The translations under genes were made by a program, and so were the position numbers. Under the pieces are notes generated by a model, which saw nothing but the letters and a program-made list of their open reading frames with translations, did no database searches and was not told where the DNA came from. A DNA stretch of 64,000 bases from Nitrospirota bacterium (GTDB lineage: Bacteria > Nitrospirota > Thermodesulfovibrionia > UBA6902). Below are positions 56,001 through 64,000 of this stretch, piece after piece (position 1 is the stretch's first letter; every line of letters begins with the position of its first letter). Location of the stretch: positions 66,346 through 130,345 of the forward strand of contig JACRPZ010000005.1 in NCBI GenBank assembly GCA_016222905.1, read 5' to 3'.

Positions 56001-58742
56001 TTTAATCAGACATACACAGGTAATTTCTTTCAGACAGATTCAATAACCGACTCAGCAGGCAGGACTGTCACATATACCTATGAAGATGACCCATTAAGCG
56101 TTTATCCCCGGTTGCAAAAAGTCACCTCTCCTGACGGAGGGGTGCTGGAATATCACTATGATGCATCCGGGAGAATGTCTGAAATTATAAATGAGAGAGG
56201 AATCCGCGAGGTCTTAAATGAATACTATGATGCACCTCCTGAAAAACAGAATAGAATTTACCGGCAGACCCATGCGGATGGAGGCATTTACTTATTCGAC
56301 TATACAATTGCAGGCGGCAATATATCAGAGACAACCATGACAGCCCCGAATGGCGCGGTGACAACATGGAGGTTCTATGATGATCTGGGCAACTTCTATG
56401 ATAAATACATAGTAAAAAAGACAACGTCTGATGGCGCAACGATTTACAGCAGACAACTTGGCTCTAATCTCATAACATCCATTACAGACCCGCTTAACAG
56501 GGTGATGAACTACACTTATTATCCGAATGGACAGGTACAGACAGTCACGGACAATCTCGGCAATGTGACGAGATATGAATATGAAGCGGTCTATGGCCTG
56601 ACCACAAAGATAACGGACGCGAATCTTAAAGACACGACATTCACTCATACATTTGTAAACAACAAACTCACAAAGACAGATATAAGAGACCCGCTTCTGC
56701 ATCTTACTACAACTAATTACAATTCATACGGGATGCAGACAAGCATAACAGATGCCAACAATAACACAACAACATTCCTGTATGATAATGCAGGGAAGCC
56801 CGCTGAACTTACAAGAGTCATTGATGCTCTAAGTAATACAACTATCAATACCTATGACAGTCTTGGAAGGCTGTGGACAATAACAGATGCGAAAGGAAAG
56901 ACAACGACATATACGTATGACAACATGGACAGAATGATAGAGGTAAAAGACCCGCTTGACGGTATAACGATATATACTTATGATAAAAAAGGGAATCTCA
57001 GGTCAGTCACAGATGCAAAGAATCAAACCATCAGATATGAATATGATACAAGAGACAGGATCAAGAAGATGACAGACCAGTTGGGAAGGGATGAAGTTTA
57101 TACCTATTACACCGGAACGGAGATAACGCCCACCACCGGCGATAACCTCAAGAGCATAACAGACAGGAAAGGGCAGGTAACAACTTTTAATGAATACGAT
57201 TCCCGGAACAGGATTAAAAAGATAACATATCAAGACGGTTCGTATGTCCAGTATACCTATGATACAGTTGGCAGGATTGATTATATCAATGATTCAATCT
57301 CCGGCTTCATAGATTACACATACAACGACTTCGGCTGCACAACCTGTTCCGGCATCGGCAGAGACAGGATTTCACAGGAAGTAACGCCTCTTGGGACAAT
57401 TGATTATACTTATGACAAACTCGGCAGAAGACAAACAATGACAGTAGCAGGTGAGCCAGATGTCACTTATACCTATTACGATAATGGCAGATTAAAGGAT
57501 GTAATTAGAAAGATAGGGACTAAGAGCAGGACATACACGCTGGCCTATGACAACGGCGGAAGAAGGACATCCCTCGCATTGCCCATGTCGCAACACAACA
57601 AATACGTTACAACAAACTATGCCCCATACGATAACGCCAACAGACTGTTAGGAATGGACATACAGGGACCAACAGCCCAGATAGAGAACCTTGTTTATGG
57701 ATATGACGCTAAAGGAAACAGAACAAGCATGAACAGGCTGTCTGTGACTCTACCTATGCCTAATGCTGTGACAAATACCTCTTACAACGACGCTAATCAG
57801 ATGTTGGCATTCAATGACAAAAATATCTCCTACGATAACAACGGTAATCTACTGACTTCAACTAATGCCGCAGGAACGGCTAACTACACATGGAATGCAA
57901 GAAACCAGCTCACGGCAATAAGCGGCCCATCCTTAACAGCCTCTTTCAAGTATGATGCTTTAGGAAGAAGGATAGAAAAGACCATTAATGGCACGACCAC
58001 GAAGTTCCTCTATGACGGAGTGGATATTATGCAGGAGATTCAGGGAACCGCTAAAACAAGCTATATAAGAATGCTCAATATAGATGAACCGTTAACAAGA
58101 ATCAAGGCTGACGGAACTGTAAGGCATTACGTTAAAGATGCATTGGGCAGTGTGATTGCTCTGACTGACGACTCAGGAGTTGTAAAGACAACGTATGCCT
58201 ACGACCCATTTGGAAATACCACTGTAAGCGGTGAAACCTCTGATAATCCAATTCAGTATACGGGTCGTGAAAATGACAATACTGGACTCTATTACTATCG
58301 TTCCCGTTACTATTCACCTGAGTTGCAGAGATTTGTGTCAGAAGATCGATTAGAATGTGAACGGAAACATGGGAATAATCTCTACCTTTATGTGAGGAGT
58401 AACCCTATAAATCTTGTGGACCCATTGGGGTTAGATCCTTACGAGCCTCTTCCTTCAAGTGGATGTGAGTATTATAAAGAACAGTGCAATAAGAATAAGA
58501 AATGTGAAGGTGGAGATAAAGATGAATACCCGTGTAAAGCTTATCAATGTTGTAAAGATTTTGGTGATGGCCCTACAAATAATTGTGTAAGGGGGTGCTT
58601 AATAAAATGGGATAAAGAAAAGTGTTCAAAATTATCAGAGCCGGCAAGAACAAACTGTAGAAAGAATGCTCACGCTAGTTGCTACAGTAGTTGTTTAAAA
58701 TTACCCGTTAATATTCCCCCGTCTTGTGGAGGGATATTGTAA
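53097..58742 (+). CDS. Sec-type Rhs/YD-repeat polymorphic toxin with cysteine-rich C-terminal tail
   Basis: The ATG at 53097 follows AAGGGAG and gives the signal MKRLMPLFLIVVLSAFAGSASA. Then come YVTN-like propeller repeats, IPT-like domains, a CarboxypepD_reg-like segment and a Gly/Asp linker. The plug motif GDPVNLATGYF follows, then dozens of YD repeats. The core ends YTGRENDNTGLYYYRSRYYSPELQRF...NPINLVDPLGL, followed by a 102-aa tail with 13 Cys. Confidence 0.85.
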   Translation: MKRLMPLFLIVVLSAFAGSASAYDIRINANIPLADKISGISINPDAGTALAAGKETKTLYLIDTLTNAVIKKIPLDAVPSGVAVYEKKNYAVVSSKDGALYFIDLVTGNPVKTINTGRTIHAIAINKDSDMLYIGNSNSLVAMDLTIEKTVKELVLMEGMGELSIYNSETLQPFTEIKICSSTLNSEPGTRNCNLAGVSVNQSTHIAVLTNNSDNSISIISLENKTVLDTVPLNSPLSRGVFPTLEKGGEGGFSVENPGAIAIDPVTNTALISHTNGIAVVKLENPVPLIHTLIPEFSRVGDAGFTLSIKGEKFVKETKARFNRKELETKPLDNFSLQADVPSSELQAPRNVDVTVVNPSPGGGPSNKLSFRIYNPMPALEYISPDTILLTSNNELRSLSPQSLSGDLNSELVTTFRVYGKGFLPVSGINLNGQDLKTRFISSILLEAEIKPADIESPGKYMVVVINPSPGTFTSNAVYLNVVKDATDLQGEETQTPALGQAQSTQKKDAAGTLKGRILNTNKEPVEGVTVKTKNISAVTDSNGYFTLENVPSGRRHLMVHGSTVKDAGSHYPTIPLTIDIQAGMINEMPFQIYLHRQKNYNFKDINPDEDTVLTDPEVPGFEIKIPKGIKITGWDGKPNKKVSVRTVPADRLPVKPLPSNANVRTVYMFYFDKEGGGIPDEPIAIKSRNDLGLLPGEKAVLWYYDESPNEGEAPNDWAIAGTGTVTPDGKYIVSDLGVGIPKFCCGATAWGGSGSGGDGSGGDGDSGGGSGGAGGDDGGNNKPPDPCGNAGDPVNLATGYFIHSKTDLHIPGIIPVNITRYYRSGVTGLGAFGIGTYFEYDWWLGAYGADGQLNDTNPTMLLLIKPGNFQYRFTDPDGDGTFTNTTDSAFSGVTVSYDSFYETRTLRMRDGIQYKFIYSEKYNGELMEIADRNGNKLNFTRQPRPESGDDAGGYLTGITTSEGRTITFNQTYTGNFFQTDSITDSAGRTVTYTYEDDPLSVYPRLQKVTSPDGGVLEYHYDASGRMSEIINERGIREVLNEYYDAPPEKQNRIYRQTHADGGIYLFDYTIAGGNISETTMTAPNGAVTTWRFYDDLGNFYDKYIVKKTTSDGATIYSRQLGSNLITSITDPLNRVMNYTYYPNGQVQTVTDNLGNVTRYEYEAVYGLTTKITDANLKDTTFTHTFVNNKLTKTDIRDPLLHLTTTNYNSYGMQTSITDANNNTTTFLYDNAGKPAELTRVIDALSNTTINTYDSLGRLWTITDAKGKTTTYTYDNMDRMIEVKDPLDGITIYTYDKKGNLRSVTDAKNQTIRYEYDTRDRIKKMTDQLGRDEVYTYYTGTEITPTTGDNLKSITDRKGQVTTFNEYDSRNRIKKITYQDGSYVQYTYDTVGRIDYINDSISGFIDYTYNDFGCTTCSGIGRDRISQEVTPLGTIDYTYDKLGRRQTMTVAGEPDVTYTYYDNGRLKDVIRKIGTKSRTYTLAYDNGGRRTSLALPMSQHNKYVTTNYAPYDNANRLLGMDIQGPTAQIENLVYGYDAKGNRTSMNRLSVTLPMPNAVTNTSYNDANQMLAFNDKNISYDNNGNLLTSTNAAGTANYTWNARNQLTAISGPSLTASFKYDALGRRIEKTINGTTTKFLYDGVDIMQEIQGTAKTSYIRMLNIDEPLTRIKADGTVRHYVKDALGSVIALTDDSGVVKTTYAYDPFGNTTVSGETSDNPIQYTGRENDNTGLYYYRSRYYSPELQRFVSEDRLECERKHGNNLYLYVRSNPINLVDPLGLDPYEPLPSSGCEYYKEQCNKNKKCEGGDKDEYPCKAYQCCKDFGDGPTNNCVRGCLIKWDKEKCSKLSEPARTNCRKNAHASCYSSCLKLPVNIPPSCGGIL
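53801..53860. repeat. G-run palindromic element inserted in frame in the Rhs propeller region
   Basis: CCTCT-ATCA-AGAGG and CCCC-N11-GGGG hairpins. Translates as PLSRGVFPTLEKGGEGGFS, interrupting a propeller blade. Same style as 32004-32110. Confidence 0.45.
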
Positions 58743-58756
58743 GTTTACAATCACTG

Positions 58757-59593
58757 ATGAATGATAATAATAAAAAAGATCGACAGTTAATATATATTTC
58801 CATATTAATCCCTCTTTTTATTTTGCTTAGTAATTTATATTTGGGGTTGTTAGTTAATAAGGAAGTCGCTTTCTTAGGAAGAAAACCGATTGTTTTTTTA
58901 ATTTTATTTTTAAATTCTTTCTGGATTATTCGGTTTATATGGGAAAAGTTAAGAACTATTAATAATAAAAAATTTTATGAGATGTATCGGTATATTTGGC
59001 TTTATGTCCCCGCGTTATGGTCCATTGGGGTTGGTTTATACTTTGCTACAGCAGCAATATTTTTTGGTTTTGTTTCTGTAATTTCTTCTGATAAGGATAA
59101 AATTGAGTTAGCTTCAGGGTTCGTATCTAGCCATGTATTTTATGAGTGTGGTTGGATTATTCTAATTGCATTCCTATCAATGTCAAAAACTGTTATGGAT
59201 AAGATTGGAAATCTCAAAAGACCAGGACATTATTCGGTAATTATTGTTGCTCTCTTGTGGGTTGTAATGTATTTGAATCCTGAAAAAGCTATGCTACCTA
59301 AAACTTATAATGAGCTAAAACCTAATTTAATTGTACTGATTGTTGAAATACTCTATATATGGGTATTTTTAATGATCTTGTTCTCACTTTTTAATAAGAA
59401 AAAATCTACAAATTTAATAGGTATCATAAGTTGCTCAATTATTATTATGCTTATTTTCTTCACAAATATAGGACTAAATTATGTAAATAGGTTTACCTAC
59501 AACTTTCTTTTTTTTGGCCCGACTATTTTATTTGCGATGCTTAGTTTAGAAATAATTTTATGGCAGGCTTTAAGAAAATTGGGTAAAAGATAA
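58757..59593 (+). CDS. Polytopic membrane protein, candidate immunity protein for the Rhs tail
   Basis: The ATG at 58757 is 15 nt after the Rhs stop. About 8 hydrophobic helices and very AT-rich (15 G+C in 58861-58920). This is the position expected for an immunity gene. Confidence 0.5.
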   Translation: MNDNNKKDRQLIYISILIPLFILLSNLYLGLLVNKEVAFLGRKPIVFLILFLNSFWIIRFIWEKLRTINNKKFYEMYRYIWLYVPALWSIGVGLYFATAAIFFGFVSVISSDKDKIELASGFVSSHVFYECGWIILIAFLSMSKTVMDKIGNLKRPGHYSVIIVALLWVVMYLNPEKAMLPKTYNELKPNLIVLIVEILYIWVFLMILFSLFNKKKSTNLIGIISCSIIIMLIFFTNIGLNYVNRFTYNFLFFGPTILFAMLSLEIILWQALRKLGKR

Positions 59594-59802
59594 AAGGGCC
59601 ACCCAAAAATAGCGAGCAAAGGAACGGGGTCTTGTTCCGTGCATTTTGCGTAGGATAATAGGGGCCTCACCCATTTTACGGAGTCGGCACACTTAAAGGC
59701 AGAATTTTAAACACCAATAAGGAGCCTGTTGAGGGCGTAACCGTCCAGATAAAAAATATAAAGGCGGTTTCAGATGCGAATGGATACTTTACCCTTGAGA
59801 AT

Positions 59803-62800
59803 GTGCCGTCAGGCAGACGGCTTCTCATGGTACACGGCTCCACCGTAAAAGACGGCAGCCATTATCCGACAATCCCTCTTTCAATTGAGATTCAGGCAGG
59901 CGCGGTAACCGAGATGCCTTTCCAGATATACCTTCACCGGCAGAAGAACTATAACTTCAAGGATATAAATCCTGATGAAGATACCGTTCTCACGGATCCC
60001 GAAGTTCCGGGCTTTGAGATAAAGATCCCAAAAGGCATAAAGATCACAGGATGGGACGGAAGTCCGAATAAAAAAGTGTCAGTCAGGACAGTGCCGATAG
60101 ACAGGCTTCCTGTAAAGCCCCTTCCGTCTAATGCAGATGTGCGCACGGTCTATATGTTCTATTTTGATAAAGAGGGCGGCGGCATACCTGACGCGCCTAT
60201 TGCCATTAAGTCTAAAAACGACCTCGGCCTCCTGCCCGGACAGAAGGCGGTGCTATGGTATTATGACGAATCACCAAACGAAGGAGAAGCGCCGAATGAC
60301 TGGGCCATAGCAGGCACAGGCACAGTCACCCCTGACGGAAAATATATAGTCTCAGACCCCGGCGTAGGTATTCCAAAATTCTGCTGCGGCGCGACAGCAT
60401 GGGGAGGGTCAGGCAGCGGCGATGGGCCGAGCGGCTCTGACGGAGACAGCGGCGGCGCTGGAGGAGGCGACGGAGGCGGAGCTGGTGGTGGTGCTGGAGG
60501 TGGTGATGACCCTCCCGGAGGTGATGACGGAAATAATAAGAACCCTGACCCTAACCGTTGCCCCAATGGCAATGCGGGTGATCCTGTTAACCTTGCAACA
60601 GGCTATTTCCTCCATTCAAAAACAGACCTTCATATACCGGGTATCATCCCTGTGAATATAACAAGGTATTACAGAAGCGGCGCCACCGGACTGGGCGCCT
60701 TTGGCATAGGAACATTTTTTGAATATGACTGGTGGCTTGGCGCTTATGACGCAGACGGCAACTTAACTGATACCGATCCTACCATGCTTTTGCTTATCAA
60801 GCCGGGGAATTTTCAATACAGGTTTGATGTAAAACAGGCAGATGGGACATTTATAAATGACTCAAATCCTGCAATGCGCGGTGCAGTTATTACAAAGAAT
60901 GCAGACAACACAAAAACCATGAGGATGAGAAACGGCTGGACGTATAATTTTGATAGCAGCGGTAAACTTATAGAGATAGCTGACAGAAACGGCAATCAAC
61001 TTACTCTTACAAGACACTCTGACTTTGAAGGCGGATATATAAGTGGAATAACTACATCGGAAGGCAGAACAATAACCTTCAACCAGACCTATACAGGAAA
61101 TTTCTTCCAGACAGATTCAATAACCGACTCAGCAGGCGGGACTGTAACATACACCTATGAGACAGTACCCTCCAGTGTATACCCAAGATTAAAGACCGTC
61201 ACCTATCCTGACGGTGGTGTGCTGAACTATCACTATGATTCGGCCGGGAGAATGTCGGAGATTAAAAATGAGAGAGGAGCCAGCGAAGTTATAAATGAAT
61301 ACTATGATACGCCTGCTGAAAAACAGAATAGAATCTACAGGCAAACGCATGCAGATGGAGGCATTTACACATTTGACTACACAATTCCAAGCGGTAATAT
61401 AACACAGACTTCAATGACAGCCCCGAACAGCGCGGTGACAACATGGAGATTCTATGATGATCTGGGCAATTATCATGATGGATACATAGTAAAAAAGACA
61501 ACGTCTGACGGAGCAACTGTTTATGAAAGGGATTTAGTGTCAAATCAGATAAAGTCAGTCACAGACCCGCTCAACAGGGTGATGAGCTACACTTACTATC
61601 CGAATGGACTGGTACAGACAGTCACTGACAATCTCGGCAATGTGACTAATTATGAATACGAAGCGGTCTACGGCCTGACCACAAAGATAACGGATGCAAA
61701 CCTGAAGGAGACAACTTTTGCATTTACATATGATGCGAACAACAAGATAACAAAGAAAGAAATAAGAGACCCGCTTCTGCATCTAACGACAATCAATTAC
61801 AATTCAAACGGGATGCGGACAAGTATAACAGACCCGAACAATAACACGACAACATTCTATTATGACAATGCAGGCAAGCCTGCCGAGCTTACCAGGATTA
61901 TCAGCCCATCTCCCATAAACAGCACGACCACTATGACCTATGACAGCCGTGGAAGATTATGGACAGTCACTGACGCATTGGGCAAGACAACAACCTATAC
62001 ATATGATGAGATGAACAGGATATATGAAGTAAAAGATCCGCTTGACGGTATAACGAGATATACTTATGATAAAAAAGGGAATCTCAAATCAGTCACAGAT
62101 GCAAAAAACCAAACAATAAGATATGAATATGATAATAGAGACAGGATCAAGAAGATGACTGACCAGTTGGGAAGGGAAGAGGTTTATACTTATTACACAG
62201 GCGCGGAGATAACGCCGACAACAGGCGATAACCTCAAGAGCATAACAGACAGAAAAGGGCAGACAACGACTTTTAATGAATATGATTTTATGGGCAGAAT
62301 TAAAAAGATAACCTACGATGACGGCTCAACAGTTAATTACACCTATGATTTAGCCGGGCGAATTGATTACATCAATGATTCAGTATCAGGCTTCATAGAT
62401 TACACATACAATGACTTTGGATGCACAACATGCTCCGGTATCGGCAGAGACAGGATTTCACAGGAAGTAACGCCCCTTGGGACAATAGATTACACATATG
62501 ATAAACTTGGCAGAAGGGAGACAATGACAGTAGCAGGAGAGCCTGTAGTGACTTATACAAAAGATGATGCTGGCAGGATGACGAAAATATCCAGAGCGAT
62601 AAACGGAACCACGAGGGACTTCATTATAACTTATGATAATGGCAATAGAAGGACATCAAAACAGATTTTTTTATATCGCCATGGCAACAAAGATTATTAT
62701 TTGACGAATAATTATAGTTATGATAATGCAAACAGGTTAACGGAAATAAAACATCAGTTGCGGGATTCTATCATAGAAGACCTTGTTTATGAATATGACC

Positions 62801-63744
62801 TTAACGGCAATAGAACAAGGTTCACAAGGAATGCAGCACAGCCTTCAAGAGATGCGGTAACAAGCACGAATTATAACGATGCAAATGAGATGCTATCATT
62901 CACGCCTGCAACAAGTTCTTCAAAGAACATGGTTTACGATAATAACGGAAATCTAATGACGTCAACTAATGCCTCAGTAACGACTAACTATACATGGGAC
63001 GTAAGAAATCGTCTCACCGCAATAACTGGCCCATCCTTAACTGCTTCTTTCAAGTATGATGCGCTCGGCAGAAGAATTGAGAAGACCATTAACGGAACTA
63101 CCACAAAATACCTTTATGACGGAGTGGATGTAATACAGGAAAAGAACCAGAGCGGAGCAGTAACAGCAAACTATATCCGCACATTAAACATAGACGAGCC
63201 GTTGATAAGAATAAAGGCTGACGGAACTGTAAGGCATTACGTAAGGGATGCTCTGGGGTCTATTATTGCTTTGACAGACGACAGCGGTGTGGTGAAGACA
63301 ACATACTCTTATGACCCGTTCGGTAATACCACCGTCTCAGGCGAGACAAGCGATAATCCTTTCCAGTATACGGGGCGTGAGAATGACGGTACAGGTTTGT
63401 ATTATTACAGGGCAAGATACTACTCCCCTGAGCTGCAGAGATTTATAAGCGAAGACCCGATACGGTTAGATGGCGGCGATGTGAACTTTTACGCATACGT
63501 GGGGAATGACCCCGTGAGGTTTAAAGATCCTACCGGGGAATGGCTTTGCGATGCTATTTGTGATCTAATTCCGCTGCCATTGTACTTAGCTCCAATATGT
63601 AATTTAGTGTGCCCTGACGAGACTTCACTGGACCCCAATGAATGTGTTTTAATAAATTCTTCTGACGACAAATGCGAATATGAATGTTATGGTGGACTTA
63701 GATATTGGACTGCCAAGGGAGAATGTCAAAAATGTCCTCAGTAA
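59803..63744 (+). CDS. 5'-truncated second Rhs/YD-repeat gene (orphan copy) with a different cysteine-rich tail
   Basis: Homology to the first gene begins at 59686 (GTLKGRILNTNKEP = 54630 in copy 1), just after an in-frame TAG at 59659. The first possible start is the GTG at 59803 and there is no signal peptide. Full YD shell with core end YTGRENDGTGLYYYRARYYSPELQRF...NDPVRFKDPTGE, then a 67-aa tail with 9 Cys. Confidence 0.7.
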   Translation: MPSGRRLLMVHGSTVKDGSHYPTIPLSIEIQAGAVTEMPFQIYLHRQKNYNFKDINPDEDTVLTDPEVPGFEIKIPKGIKITGWDGSPNKKVSVRTVPIDRLPVKPLPSNADVRTVYMFYFDKEGGGIPDAPIAIKSKNDLGLLPGQKAVLWYYDESPNEGEAPNDWAIAGTGTVTPDGKYIVSDPGVGIPKFCCGATAWGGSGSGDGPSGSDGDSGGAGGGDGGGAGGGAGGGDDPPGGDDGNNKNPDPNRCPNGNAGDPVNLATGYFLHSKTDLHIPGIIPVNITRYYRSGATGLGAFGIGTFFEYDWWLGAYDADGNLTDTDPTMLLLIKPGNFQYRFDVKQADGTFINDSNPAMRGAVITKNADNTKTMRMRNGWTYNFDSSGKLIEIADRNGNQLTLTRHSDFEGGYISGITTSEGRTITFNQTYTGNFFQTDSITDSAGGTVTYTYETVPSSVYPRLKTVTYPDGGVLNYHYDSAGRMSEIKNERGASEVINEYYDTPAEKQNRIYRQTHADGGIYTFDYTIPSGNITQTSMTAPNSAVTTWRFYDDLGNYHDGYIVKKTTSDGATVYERDLVSNQIKSVTDPLNRVMSYTYYPNGLVQTVTDNLGNVTNYEYEAVYGLTTKITDANLKETTFAFTYDANNKITKKEIRDPLLHLTTINYNSNGMRTSITDPNNNTTTFYYDNAGKPAELTRIISPSPINSTTTMTYDSRGRLWTVTDALGKTTTYTYDEMNRIYEVKDPLDGITRYTYDKKGNLKSVTDAKNQTIRYEYDNRDRIKKMTDQLGREEVYTYYTGAEITPTTGDNLKSITDRKGQTTTFNEYDFMGRIKKITYDDGSTVNYTYDLAGRIDYINDSVSGFIDYTYNDFGCTTCSGIGRDRISQEVTPLGTIDYTYDKLGRRETMTVAGEPVVTYTKDDAGRMTKISRAINGTTRDFIITYDNGNRRTSKQIFLYRHGNKDYYLTNNYSYDNANRLTEIKHQLRDSIIEDLVYEYDLNGNRTRFTRNAAQPSRDAVTSTNYNDANEMLSFTPATSSSKNMVYDNNGNLMTSTNASVTTNYTWDVRNRLTAITGPSLTASFKYDALGRRIEKTINGTTTKYLYDGVDVIQEKNQSGAVTANYIRTLNIDEPLIRIKADGTVRHYVRDALGSIIALTDDSGVVKTTYSYDPFGNTTVSGETSDNPFQYTGRENDGTGLYYYRARYYSPELQRFISEDPIRLDGGDVNFYAYVGNDPVRFKDPTGEWLCDAICDLIPLPLYLAPICNLVCPDETSLDPNECVLINSSDDKCEYECYGGLRYWTAKGECQKCPQ

Positions 63745-63780
63745 ATTTGTGTGCTTGGGAAATAATCTGGAAAAAAATTT

Positions 63781-63812
63781 AAGACCTTACGGGGAATGGC
63801 TTTGAAATGCTA
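63781..63812 (+). repeat. Remnant copy of the rhs core/tail junction
   Basis: AAGACCTTACGGGGAATGGCTTTGAAATGCTA matches the junction at 63524-63556 (AAGATCCTACCGGGGAATGGCTTTGCGATGCTA) at 28 of 33 aligned positions. It is preceded by TAA and closed by TGA after 18 codons. Confidence 0.6.
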
Positions 63813-63832
63813 AATATTGTTGAAAAAAGAGC

Positions 63833-64000
63833 ATGAAAATTCTTGGAGTATTTTTTTTCCTTTTAGCTTCTTATGGAAGTTTAGCTTCTTATAGAATTTT
63901 AAGATACAGAGAGCTTTATTGGGCATATCCTCTGTTAAGGTACAGAAAAGAAAAAGGTTATTCTAGATTTATTTGCAATTTAGTAGGGATTGGCTCAATA
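63833..64000 (+). CDS. Hypothetical membrane protein, N-terminal part (runs off window end); possible immunity gene
   Basis: Hand translation from the ATG at 63833: MKILGVFFFLLASYGSLASYRILRYRELYWAYPLLRYRKEKGYSRFICNLVGIGSI..., open to 64000. Confidence 0.35.
   Translation, partial: MKILGVFFFLLASYGSLASYRILRYRELYWAYPLLRYRKEKGYSRFICNLVGIGSI

Noticed and set aside
166-63671. Many track ORFs lie antisense to, or out of frame within, well-supported genes. Examples: 166..627, 15360..15959 (199 aa), 19645..20109, 23839..24363 (174 aa), 29957..30373, 32800..33246, 34374..34799, 44589..44975, 56325..56702.
   Set aside because: Each lies wholly inside a longer ORF that has clear family motifs. They show low-complexity or stop-poor shadow-frame composition, with no RBS and no recognisable motifs. 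Treated as shadow ORFs.
53097-63744. Rhs genes considered as T6SS cargo.
   Set aside because: There is no PAAR or VgrG-interaction N-terminus and no T6SS genes in the window. The first copy has a cleavable Sec-type signal peptide instead.

Overview
This is a 64-kb chromosomal segment from what looks like an uncultivated diderm bacterium. It carries Tol-Pal, a futalosine-pathway gene, a cdaA-cdaR-glmM c-di-AMP operon and DsrEFH/TusA-like genes. The lineage cannot be assigned from this window.

Roughly the first 48 kb is mostly housekeeping. It includes a rubrerythrin-like/rhodanese pair, an MFS transporter, one tRNA(CAU), cdaA-cdaR-glmM-comEC, vapBC, a TonB-like gene, uspA, coaX, birA and a peptidoglycan-recycling set (NagA-like, ampG, DUF1460-like). 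It also includes mqnB, an SPFH/zinc-ribbon pair, moaA, cpoB-pal-tolBARQ, a DsrEFH/TusA-like operon, PiT/PhoU-like, an MltD-like transglycosylase and a CHASE2 histidine kinase.

Accessory content:
1. An AT-rich islet at 25.1-29.9 kb holds a MntA/HepT toxin-antitoxin pair and a translationally coupled three-gene operon: a STAS-like + GHKL ATPase, a double PRTase-like protein, and an N-domain + PNP-family nucleosidase. The nucleosidase gene is split by a frameshift. I read this as a candidate nucleotide-targeting defence system that matches no named system I can recall. It is the top finding.
2. A polymorphic-toxin locus at 49-64 kb has three secreted proteins, a full-length Sec-type Rhs/YD protein with a cysteine-rich C-terminal tail, and a polytopic membrane immunity candidate. 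It also has a 5'-truncated second rhs copy with a different cysteine-rich tail, and a junction remnant.
3. A family of short palindromic REP/MITE-like modules is scattered through the window. Two of them are in-frame insertions, one inside comEC and one inside the Rhs gene.
4. A partial tRNA duplicate (an att-like scar) brackets a PilZ-receiver gene.
5. A small Cys-rich ORF has an in-frame TGA and is a possible selenoprotein.
6. A (TCAC)6 microsatellite lies upstream of the secreted-protein cluster.

No CRISPR array, rRNA, integrase or transposase gene was seen. All domain calls are motif readings by eye, not database searches.
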